Of a stretch of DNA of 27,843 nt, positions 8,796 through 15,829 are shown in pieces (position 1 is the first letter of the stretch; each line of letters starts with the position of its first letter). Under the pieces are notes generated by a model that was not told where the DNA came from, searched no databases, and saw only the letters and a list, made by a program, of their open reading frames with translations. This DNA comes from a virus. Lineage: Duplodnaviria; Caudoviricetes. The position numbers and the translations under genes were made by a program. The stretch is taken from positions 1-27,843 of the IMG/VR virus record IMGVR_UViG_3300020042_007277, one strand, 5' to 3'.

Positions 8796-9713
8796 ATGGC
8801 AACCCCAATGCGCAGTACGGACTTTAGAGCGGTAGTCGAACCTATCCTCAATGAAGTCTTTGATGGTGTATACCAACAACGTGATGACGAGTGGAAGGGT
8901 TTTGTTACCCAGATCACCGGCATTCCCCGCAACTATCACGAAGAAGTGATGCTGTTCGGTATGAACACAGCCCCTGAGATGCCTGACGGTACACCCGTTT
9001 CGTATGACCAAGGTGGTACATTGTTCATTACCCGTTTCATCTATAAGATCTACGGTTTGGCATACGCCATGACCAAAGTCTTGATGGAAGACGGCGATCA
9101 CATTCGTATCGGCTCGACTTTCTCGAAGCACTTGGCTCAGTCCATGATCGAGACAAAAGAGACTTTGTGTGCAAACTTGTTGAACTTTGCGTTCACTGCC
9201 GGCTATGTCGGTGGCGACGGTAAAACATTGATCGCAAATGACCACCCTATCTCCCAAGGTCGTTCTTTTAGCAATCAGTTGTCTACAGCGGCCTCACTTT
9301 CACAGACATCTGTGGAACAGTTGCTGATCCAAATCCGCTCTGCGGTGGACAACAACGGTAAGCGTATTCGCCTGAAGGCGGACCAACTCGTGGTACCTCC
9401 TGCTTTGGAATTCCAAGCAGAAGTTATCTTGAAGTCTGTCCTGCGTTCCGGTGGCGCTGACAACGATCTGAACCCTATCAAGTCAACTGGCATGTTGCCA
9501 AACGGCGCCCACGTGGTGACTCGTTTGTCTTCAAGCAAGGCTTGGTTCATTCAGACCGATTGCGACAACGGTTTGATGTTGGTCATGCGTCGTCCCTTGG
9601 AGCGTAGCTCTGAAGGCGACTTTGAGACTGACAGCATGCGTTACAAGGCCTCTGAGCGTTATGCTACAGGTTGGCACGATCCCCGTAATATGTACGGCAC
9701 GATCGGTTTGTAA
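8796..9713 (+). CDS. Major capsid protein (HK97 fold, Mu gpT-like family)
   Basis: 305 aa with GGDGKTL...HP, LVVPPALEF, AWF and RYKASERYATGWHDPR.MYG motifs. SD AAGGA; followed by a strong terminator. Confidence 0.88.
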   Translation: MATPMRSTDFRAVVEPILNEVFDGVYQQRDDEWKGFVTQITGIPRNYHEEVMLFGMNTAPEMPDGTPVSYDQGGTLFITRFIYKIYGLAYAMTKVLMEDGDHIRIGSTFSKHLAQSMIETKETLCANLLNFAFTAGYVGGDGKTLIANDHPISQGRSFSNQLSTAASLSQTSVEQLLIQIRSAVDNNGKRIRLKADQLVVPPALEFQAEVILKSVLRSGGADNDLNPIKSTGMLPNGAHVVTRLSSSKAWFIQTDCDNGLMLVMRRPLERSSEGDFETDSMRYKASERYATGWHDPRNMYGTIGL

Positions 9714-9750
9714 TCGCAGACCTAGCCGGAAGTAAAGAACCCGGCACCCT

Positions 9751-9786
9751 AAACGCCCTACCTGCAAAGGTAGGGCGTTTTTGTTT
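9751..9786 (+). terminator. Rho-independent terminator after the major capsid gene
   Basis: 13-bp perfect stem aaacgccctacct / aggtagggcgttt with a GCAA tetraloop, followed by a T-rich tail. Confidence 0.85.
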
Positions 9787-9811
9787 GTGGATATGGGTAA
9801 TTCTATGTAAG
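9773..9811 (+). promoter_or_regulatory. Putative phage late promoter, copy 3
   Basis: gggcgt-ttttgtttgtgg-atatgggtaattctatgtaag. The upstream box is embedded in the 3' arm of the terminator. Confidence 0.7.
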
Positions 9812-9883
9812 AGCTATAATCAGCATCGACCCGTAAAGCTCACGGGCGGACGCCATAGAGACGATGCTGTAATCTTTCTATGG
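9811..9883 (+). ncRNA. Candidate structured RNA with pseudoknot, possibly a Mu-gpT-DE-like motif
   Basis: P1 cagcatcg (9821-9828) / cgatgctg (9862-9869); P2 cccgt (9830-9834) / acggg (9842-9846); pseudoknot ccatagaga (9853-9861) / tttctatgg (9875-9883). About 100 nt downstream of a gpT-like capsid gene. Confidence 0.6.
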
Positions 9884-9896
9884 AAAGTACATAAAA

Positions 9897-10430
9897 ATGT
9901 CAGTAACTTTTAACACCCCTATCCGCGTTTTTAAGCGCAACAACCCCTCTAACGACGGCGTAATCGCCCCTGATAACACAGGCGCGGTGCAGGTTGCACA
10001 GCAGGACTACATCGCACCAATTACGGCAACCCGCATTGCTGGTGTAATTCCCGTTTTTCCTGTTGGCACAACCACAGCGGCACCCGCTGTACTCCCCGCT
10101 GGCGCGATTGTTAACCACATTTTCTTCATGCAAACTTCAGCGCCTTCCGCGTTGACAGGCGGCGTGATCACTGTGGCCATTGCCGGTGTTGACGTTGGCA
10201 CTATTACACCAACAACAACCGGCGGCCGTATTGGTATTGCGTTCACTAGCTCTGCCGCAGTGGCCACAGTGTTGAACAACGTCGGTTCTACCGACGCAAC
10301 CGTCACGTTCACTGCAACAGCTATTACAGCTATTACAGGCACTTTGGCTGGCACGTTTGACATCCAGTACACAGCACGTAACCCTGACGGTTCTATCATT
10401 CCCGTTGGTTCTGGCTACACCAACAACTAA
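9897..10430 (+). CDS. Putative virion structural protein (beta-rich, Thr/Ala-rich)
   Basis: 177 aa, first gene after the capsid gene. Composition is typical of head decoration proteins. Confidence 0.75.
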   Translation: MSVTFNTPIRVFKRNNPSNDGVIAPDNTGAVQVAQQDYIAPITATRIAGVIPVFPVGTTTAAPAVLPAGAIVNHIFFMQTSAPSALTGGVITVAIAGVDVGTITPTTTGGRIGIAFTSSAAVATVLNNVGSTDATVTFTATAITAITGTLAGTFDIQYTARNPDGSIIPVGSGYTNN

Positions 10431-10438
10431 GGACTGAC

Positions 10439-10714
10439 ATGCGTCAAGTAACAGTTGGAGCGGACGTTCTCGTCCCGATCGATCAGTACCTGACACCGAT
10501 CAACATTGCTTATGTTGCATCGAGTGGCACGGTACAGGTGTCCTACAGCGACCCTTTTCCATTGAACGCGCAAGGGTACCCTGTACCCACGGCGCCAACA
10601 ATGACTTGGGTTGCGGCGCCAACCAGCCCGATCAAGGATGACCCCATCCGGGCTATTCGCGTTACTGGTGGCACTACCCCTACACTCACAGTTATCCAAG
10701 CTGGAGTTCGATAA
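10439..10714 (+). CDS. Hypothetical beta-rich structural protein
   Basis: 91 aa, SD TAAGGA, TAATG overlap with the next gene. Confidence 0.7.
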   Translation: MRQVTVGADVLVPIDQYLTPINIAYVASSGTVQVSYSDPFPLNAQGYPVPTAPTMTWVAAPTSPIKDDPIRAIRVTGGTTPTLTVIQAGVR

Positions 10715-11010
10715 TGGGTAACGCCTACTACGGCGGCCTTTATTGTGATACGCGCGGACAGTCTGTACTGTCCGTCGCGGTCTGCGATCGTTGTAATCGC
10801 AAAATGTCGTACACGCTTCTCAAAGAGGATCCTAACTTTCCCGGTCTCATGGTATGCCCTGACGACTTGGACCAGTTTGATCCATGGCGCCTTGCCGCCA
10901 TTCAAACCGAGAACATCACCCTCAGGCACCCGAGGCCTGACGTTTCTGTTGCGTTACCGGGGCACAGTCTCCCAATTCCCAACGCGCCAAATAACCCTAA
11001 TCTGGAATAG
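10714..11010 (+). CDS. Conserved hypothetical protein with CxxC (zinc-ribbon-like)
   Basis: AVCDRC...GLMVCPDDLDQFDP...LRHPRPD pattern; translationally coupled to the upstream gene. Confidence 0.75.
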   Translation: MGNAYYGGLYCDTRGQSVLSVAVCDRCNRKMSYTLLKEDPNFPGLMVCPDDLDQFDPWRLAAIQTENITLRHPRPDVSVALPGHSLPIPNAPNNPNLE

Positions 11011-11012
11011 TC

Positions 11013-11246
11013 ATGGACTCGCAAGACCTATTTAACGCGGCCATTACGTTGTCCGGTGCCTTTGGAGGTTGGATCTTGAAAACGATCTGGGACGCCATAA
11101 AAGATCTCAAATCTGAGATAAAAGAATTAAACCGCGAAGTCAACCAAGACTTCGTGCGCCGCGAAGATTTTAAAGACTCTATGACCGACATTAAAGAGAT
11201 GTTGAATAAGATCTTTGACAAGTTGGATAACAAGGCGGACAAGTGA
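11013..11246 (+). CDS. Small membrane-anchored coiled-coil protein (holin/XhlA-like, lysis cassette)
   Basis: One N-terminal hydrophobic helix (LFNAAITLSGAFGGWIL) followed by a charged coiled coil ending KLDNKADK. Confidence 0.7.
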   Translation: MDSQDLFNAAITLSGAFGGWILKTIWDAIKDLKSEIKELNREVNQDFVRREDFKDSMTDIKEMLNKIFDKLDNKADK

Positions 11247-11536
11247 GATGGGTAGTTTTAGCACTGATCATTGTTTGTCTATTAGTTGGTGCTGAAGCTA
11301 AAGTTGGTTGCCACGTAAGAGAGTTTTACGGGATAGCGTACACCATCCACAACCCGTCAGAACGGCATCAACAGATGTCAATGTGGCTGACAAACAATGT
11401 GAAGTTTTGCAGAAGCCAAGATTTGGTGGTGATCTGGAACAACCTGTCCGAGTGGGCGGGGTCTGCGGATTCCGCAGAAATCAGGGCCAAAGTAGTTCAT
11501 GGGTACAAAGAGGCACTTGAGCGAGAGAAAAAATGA
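11243..11536 (+). CDS. Putative exported protein with signal peptide
   Basis: GTG start overlapping the upstream stop (GTGA). MRW + hydrophobic core + AEA signal-peptidase-like site; two Cys in the mature part. Confidence 0.65.
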   Translation: MRWVVLALIIVCLLVGAEAKVGCHVREFYGIAYTIHNPSERHQQMSMWLTNNVKFCRSQDLVVIWNNLSEWAGSADSAEIRAKVVHGYKEALEREKK

Positions 11537-11772
11537 TTCAGCTACACAAATGGTACCCGTTTGTGTTTCCCAAAGAGTACGACATTAGGGCAATTGCCGC
11601 TGAGACCCGTGCACAACGGTTGGAGTATGAGTACAAGCAGGCTGTGAAAGCCGAAAAGTTGAACGAGGCTGTTGAGGCGTATGAGCTTGAGTTGTACAAC
11701 AAACGCGCATACCAAACAACTATTGAATTAGAGATATTTTCTAACAAAACATATTTTGACAGATACGTATGA
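11533..11772 (+). CDS. Hypothetical protein
   Basis: 79 aa with ATGA overlaps at both ends. Confidence 0.6.
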   Translation: MIQLHKWYPFVFPKEYDIRAIAAETRAQRLEYEYKQAVKAEKLNEAVEAYELELYNKRAYQTTIELEIFSNKTYFDRYV

Positions 11773-12041
11773 CAAAGAGACCAGTACGCAAACCCCAAGT
11801 GGAGACAAAGGAAAAGTTGACGCTGTGGGTCACGCTCATGGTAAGCACGACCCTGTGCATTTCGGTATTGGCCATGGTAACCAGCTTTATGCTCGGTCTG
11901 TGGGCAAGGGAAGTGGACAACGCAGAAATTTTCAAGATGATTTCACCCGCGTTTTCTACTCTCATCGGCGGCATGATTGGGTTCCTGTCTGGTATCAAGT
12001 TGATGCAGAACGAAGACAAAAAACCGAGTTGTAAGGAGTAA
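11769..12041 (+). CDS. Two-TM membrane protein (holin-like)
   Basis: Two hydrophobic helices (LWVTLMV...FMLGLW; ISPAFSTLIGGMIGFLSGI) with a basic N-terminus. Confidence 0.65.
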   Translation: MTKRPVRKPQVETKEKLTLWVTLMVSTTLCISVLAMVTSFMLGLWAREVDNAEIFKMISPAFSTLIGGMIGFLSGIKLMQNEDKKPSCKE

Positions 12042-12043
12042 GC

Positions 12044-12538
12044 ATGTTAGATATTTTAAGCGGCGGCCTACTAGGCTCCATCTTCGGCGGTATCTTCCGC
12101 ATGGCACCCGAGGTGCTCAAGTTCTTTGACAAGAAGAATGAGCGCCAGCATGAACTTTTAATGTTCTCTCGCCAGTGCGATTTAGAGCAACTAAGAGGCG
12201 CACAGAAACTCGCAGAAATTGGCGCAGTTAGAGAAGCCGCGGTGGACGTGGGTGTCATGGACGCCTTTAACAGCGCCATTCAACAGCAGGCGGACATGGT
12301 CAAAGCCGCAGGTGGGTGGGCCGCATCTTTATCCGCATCTGTACGCCCTGTAGTCACGTATTGGGTTCTGTTTATCTGGTCGTTTATTCATGTCTGGTTT
12401 GCGTGGAACGCGTGGCTTGCTGGCGCTCTTCCTATCGAAGTCTTTAAGACAATGATGACACCAGACTTCTCGGCATTGCTGGCCGGAACTATTAACTTCT
12501 GGTTCCTTGACCGTACACTGGCCAAGCGTGGGTTATGA
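12044..12538 (+). CDS. Putative holin (3-TM, gene-transfer-agent-type holin-like)
   Basis: SD TAAGGAG. N-terminal amphipathic helix, SVRPVVTY motif, two C-terminal TM helices ending FWFLDR; directly upstream of the lysozyme. Confidence 0.7.
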   Translation: MLDILSGGLLGSIFGGIFRMAPEVLKFFDKKNERQHELLMFSRQCDLEQLRGAQKLAEIGAVREAAVDVGVMDAFNSAIQQQADMVKAAGGWAASLSASVRPVVTYWVLFIWSFIHVWFAWNAWLAGALPIEVFKTMMTPDFSALLAGTINFWFLDRTLAKRGL

Positions 12539-12975
12539 ACCTAGACCTTGCGGCGGCGTTCTGCCGTCAGTTTGAGGGATACAGGGCCAAACCCTACCTG
12601 TGCCCTGCCAACGTGGCCACCATAGGGTACGGGTCCACCTACTACGCAGACGGGCGCAAGGTGACCCTAGAAGACGCCCCTATGGACGAGCCAACGGCTA
12701 GGGCGCTCTTGATGACAGAGTTGCACCACAACTACCTACCCGGGGTGTTGCGTAACTGCCCCATTTTAGCGGCGGACGAGCGCAGGTGTAACGCCATCGT
12801 GGACTTCTGTTACAACCTCGGTATTGGCCGACTCCAAACCTCCACGCTCAAGCGCAAGATCAACGCGCAGGACTGGGAGGGTGCCAAGGAGCAGTTAATG
12901 CTCTGGACCAAGGGTGGGGGCAAGGTTTTGCCCGGTTTGGTTAAAAGACGAGTGGCCGAATGCGCTTTACTTTAA
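12535..12975 (+). CDS. Endolysin, GH24 phage lysozyme
   Basis: FEGYRAKPYLCPANVATIGYG gives the triad E14-x8-C23-x5-T29. Also DFCYNLG, STL and GLVKRR..E motifs. Confidence 0.92.
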   Translation: MNLDLAAAFCRQFEGYRAKPYLCPANVATIGYGSTYYADGRKVTLEDAPMDEPTARALLMTELHHNYLPGVLRNCPILAADERRCNAIVDFCYNLGIGRLQTSTLKRKINAQDWEGAKEQLMLWTKGGGKVLPGLVKRRVAECALL

Positions 12976-12995
12976 GGGCATAACGGCCCTTTTTT
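12974..12995 (+). terminator. Probable weak intrinsic terminator after the lysozyme gene
   Basis: aagggc / ataacg / gccctt hairpin with a T-run (12990-12995); overlaps promoter copy 4. Confidence 0.5.
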
Positions 12996-13014
12996 ATGGG
13001 TAATTATCTATAGG
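12976..13014 (+). promoter_or_regulatory. Putative phage late promoter, copy 4
   Basis: gggcat-aacggccctttt-ttatgggtaattatctatagg, followed by an SD and ATG 13026. Confidence 0.75.
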
Positions 13015-13025
13015 AGCGCAAGACT

Positions 13026-13301
13026 ATGGCACGAGAACACGACAAACCTATTGCCCGTAAAACCACGGGAAAAGACAAGACGTACAACCCCACCGATAAA
13101 GGCGCGGGAATGACCGCTAAAGGTCGTGCCGAGTACAACGCCAAGAATAATTCAAACTTGAAACCACCCGCGCCAAACCCTAAGACCAAGGCAGACGCGG
13201 GCCGTAAAGCAAGTTTTTGTGCAAGGATGGAGGGCGTGGTTGCAAAGTCTAAAGGGCCTGCAGAACGCGCTAAAGCTTCTTTGAAGAGTTGGAACTGCTG
13301 A
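13026..13301 (+). CDS. Small Lys-rich protein (resembles DUF6321-type phage proteins)
   Basis: GMTAKGRAEYN...NLKPP...RKASFCARM...SLKSWNC pattern. Family name is from recall and not verified. Confidence 0.75.
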   Translation: MAREHDKPIARKTTGKDKTYNPTDKGAGMTAKGRAEYNAKNNSNLKPPAPNPKTKADAGRKASFCARMEGVVAKSKGPAERAKASLKSWNC

Positions 13302-13459
13302 TGAAACCCGGACTATACGCAAATATTAACGCAAAACAGGAACGTATAAAAAAGCAAAAAGCCGAAGGGCGTCCTGTTGAAACGATGAGAAAACCCGGCA
13401 CCAAGGGTGCACCAACCGCGCAAGCTTTCAAAGACTCTGCAAAAACAAAAAGGAAATAA
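13301..13459 (+). CDS. 52-aa basic protein (absent from ORF track)
   Basis: MKPGLYANINAKQERIKKQKAEGRPVETMRKPGTKGAPTAQAFKDSAKTKRK*. TGATG coupling upstream; fills the gap exactly. Confidence 0.8.
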   Translation: MKPGLYANINAKQERIKKQKAEGRPVETMRKPGTKGAPTAQAFKDSAKTKRK

Positions 13460-13460
13460 C

Positions 13461-13766
13461 ATGGCTTCTAGTTACAAACCCCGCATCGACCACTCGAAAA
13501 AGGACTACGAGTCTGAAGGCGCAGACATGGCGCAAGACAAGAAGGTCGTCAAAAAAGCTTTTAAGATGCACGACGAGCAAGCCCACGGTGGCGAGAAGAC
13601 AGACATGTCCAAGCTCAAAAAGGGTGGCCGCGCTAAGATGACCACAGGATCTGTGCGTAATTTTAAAGCCGGCGGTTTGACTGGTGTGAAGAGCATTGAC
13701 AAACAACCTAACGCAAAAAGCCCCAAGAAAGTTGCTGAGAAGTACAACAAAGGCGGTATGTGCTAA
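13461..13766 (+). CDS. 101-aa Lys-rich protein with three xxGG motifs
   Basis: True start is probably ATG 13461 (SD AAGGA), not 13407. Contains DMAQDKKVVKKAF.MHD and LKKGG, FKAGG, YNKGG. Confidence 0.8.
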   Translation: MASSYKPRIDHSKKDYESEGADMAQDKKVVKKAFKMHDEQAHGGEKTDMSKLKKGGRAKMTTGSVRNFKAGGLTGVKSIDKQPNAKSPKKVAEKYNKGGMC

Positions 13767-13925
13767 ATGCCCATCAAGTCTAAGTCCCAAGAACGTTTGA
13801 TGCAGGGGGTGGCTCATTCCCCTGAGTTTGCCAAAAAGGTAGGCATCAAACAATCTGTGGGAAAAGACTTTGTGAAAGCAAGCCCTGCTCAGAAGAAACT
13901 TCCAGAGCGCATTAAGAAAAAATAA
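13767..13925 (+). CDS. 52-aa basic protein (absent from ORF track)
   Basis: MPIKSKSQERLMQGVAHSPEFAKKVGIKQSVGKDFVKASPAQKKLPERIKKK*. Abuts the upstream stop; TAATG overlap with the next gene. Confidence 0.8.
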   Translation: MPIKSKSQERLMQGVAHSPEFAKKVGIKQSVGKDFVKASPAQKKLPERIKKK

Positions 13926-14965
13926 TGGCAAGCAACTACGACAACACCTCTAACACAACTGGTCAAACCACCATATCGGTTGACCAGTTGATTTCGTTTG
14001 CCTACAAAGAAGCGGGCAAGCTGTCGGAGGAGTTGACACCGGAGTACATCAACGCGGCGCGTCAGGCGCTGTGGTACATCCTGATCAACCTGTCTAACCG
14101 CGGTGTTAACCTGTGGTTGCTTGAGTACATTGTAATGGGCAGTGCGGCCCAACAGCGCGCGTATACACTGCCTGTGGGCACCGTGGACATTCGTGAGGCT
14201 AACTACCGCACACTGACAACGCCGTCACCCACAACAGACACAACGTTGGTGTTCAACACATCAACACTGACTGTGTCGCATAGTATTGCGGCCGGCGCGT
14301 CTGCAACGGCGTATTTCAGCGGCAACCCACGTTTCTTGAGCGCAGGTTTTTATTGTGAGACAGCAAACAAAACATTGACTGTTGAGTACAGCTACGACAA
14401 CATCACGTGGGTTACGATTGGCACCGTGAGCAACAGCCCAACAAACAACTGGGGCTACCTGCAAATTGACGGGTCTCCTGCGGCGGGGTACTGGCGTTTC
14501 CGTAACACAAGCGCGTCGGCAATTGTTGTCAAGGCCCTGTCGTTGGCCTCTGTCCAACAAGATATTCCCATGGCGCGGATGAACCGCAACGACTACTTCA
14601 GTCTGCCTAACAAAGATTTTACAAGCGTGCGCGCGTTGCAGTTCTGGATGGACCGTCAGGTCACGCCGCAGATCAACGTGTGGCCCGTGCCACAGAACGC
14701 GTTCCAAGTGTTTCAGTTTATTATTGAGTTGCAACCACAAGACGTTGGTCGTTTGACAAACGAGATTGCTATTCCAGACCGTTGGGTGCCTGCCATCCAA
14801 GGCCAGTTGTCACACCGTTTGGCCAAGTTGTTGCCCGGCATTGACCCTACACGAATTCAAATGTTGAAACAAGACGCCGCAGAGGCAACGCTGTCGGCCG
14901 AAGAAGAGGACCGCGATAAGTCTCCTATTTTCTTCCGTCCTAACGTTTCGTACTACACCCGATAA
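13925..14965 (+). CDS. Putative head-tail connector/adaptor protein with an inserted beta domain
   Basis: 346 aa. Helical N- and C-termini (LSNRGVNLW, NRNDYFSLPNK, VWPVP, IPDRWVPAI) typical of podovirus neck proteins; first gene of the tail block. Confidence 0.65.
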   Translation: MASNYDNTSNTTGQTTISVDQLISFAYKEAGKLSEELTPEYINAARQALWYILINLSNRGVNLWLLEYIVMGSAAQQRAYTLPVGTVDIREANYRTLTTPSPTTDTTLVFNTSTLTVSHSIAAGASATAYFSGNPRFLSAGFYCETANKTLTVEYSYDNITWVTIGTVSNSPTNNWGYLQIDGSPAAGYWRFRNTSASAIVVKALSLASVQQDIPMARMNRNDYFSLPNKDFTSVRALQFWMDRQVTPQINVWPVPQNAFQVFQFIIELQPQDVGRLTNEIAIPDRWVPAIQGQLSHRLAKLLPGIDPTRIQMLKQDAAEATLSAEEEDRDKSPIFFRPNVSYYTR

Positions 14966-14977
14966 GAAGAAATAACT

Positions 14978-15826
14978 ATGGCACAAGCGGGATACACACC
15001 AATTCAACTGTACTTCAGTTCTACCGCGTCGGCGGTTCCCCTTTCTGGTAATTTGATTGCCGGCGAGTTGGCACTGAACACCAACGACGGTAAGCTGTAT
15101 TTTAAAGACAGCACCGGCCTAATTAAAGTTATTGCTGATTCTACAATAGCCGGCGGTAGTTTACCCGGCGGCACTGCGGGCGCCATTCCGTTTCAAAGCG
15201 CTCCCAACACAACAACGTTTTTGTCAATTGGTTCTGCGAACTATATTTTGACGTCTTCTGGGTCTGTACCCCAGTACACAAACCCCGCGTCAATAACAGT
15301 GGGTCTTGCCAGTAACGCAACCAATTTGTCTGGTGGTACCGCAAACCAAATCGCGTATCAGTCTGGTATTGGGTCTACAACCTTTGCGCCTGCGCCAACG
15401 GTTAACGGTTCTGTTTTAGGGTGGAACGGCTCATCATTTAATTGGGTAAGTGCACCTGCGGCAACAACTGCCGCAAACTTATCAGGCGGTTCTGCCGGCG
15501 TTGTTCCTTTCCAAACGGCTCCCGGCACCACGTCTTTTACGGCCGTTGGAACCAACAATTATGTTCTTACAAGCGCGGGTACAGGCACCCCCACTTGGAA
15601 CCAAGTATCTTTAACCGCCAGTGTGTCGGGAATACTACCGATCGTAAACGGCGGAACTGGTCAATCAACTGCTAATGCGGCATTCAACGCGCTTGCACCA
15701 AATCAATCAGGTAACGATGGTAAATACCTGAGTACAAACGGTACAAATACTTCTTGGGCTACTGCTGTAACCCAGTCGGACGTGAATCAAACTGCAATCG
15801 CATTTTCTCTTATTTTCGGAGGTTAA
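14978..15826 (+). CDS. Tail fibre, proximal/anchor protein
   Basis: N-terminal GELALNTNDGKLYFKD fibre-attachment motif, three internal L.GG..FQ...TT.F repeats, GILPIVNGGTG motif, and a hydrophobic C-terminus IAFSLIFGG. Confidence 0.75.
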   Translation: MAQAGYTPIQLYFSSTASAVPLSGNLIAGELALNTNDGKLYFKDSTGLIKVIADSTIAGGSLPGGTAGAIPFQSAPNTTTFLSIGSANYILTSSGSVPQYTNPASITVGLASNATNLSGGTANQIAYQSGIGSTTFAPAPTVNGSVLGWNGSSFNWVSAPAATTAANLSGGSAGVVPFQTAPGTTSFTAVGTNNYVLTSAGTGTPTWNQVSLTASVSGILPIVNGGTGQSTANAAFNALAPNQSGNDGKYLSTNGTNTSWATAVTQSDVNQTAIAFSLIFGG

Positions 15827-15829
15827 ATC

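Noticed and set aside
1934-9257. Long minus-strand ORFs (1934-2554, 4684-5289, 6551-7075, 8583-9257)
   Set aside because: They are antisense shadows of well-supported + genes, with no recognisable motifs.
9725-9745. gccgg/ccggc hairpin after the capsid stop
   Set aside because: Only 5 bp with an 11-nt loop and no T-tract; the adjacent 13-bp hairpin accounts for termination.
13407-13460. GTG start at 13407 for the 119-aa ORF
   Set aside because: This stretch belongs to the 52-aa gene at 13301-13459; ATG 13461 has its own SD.
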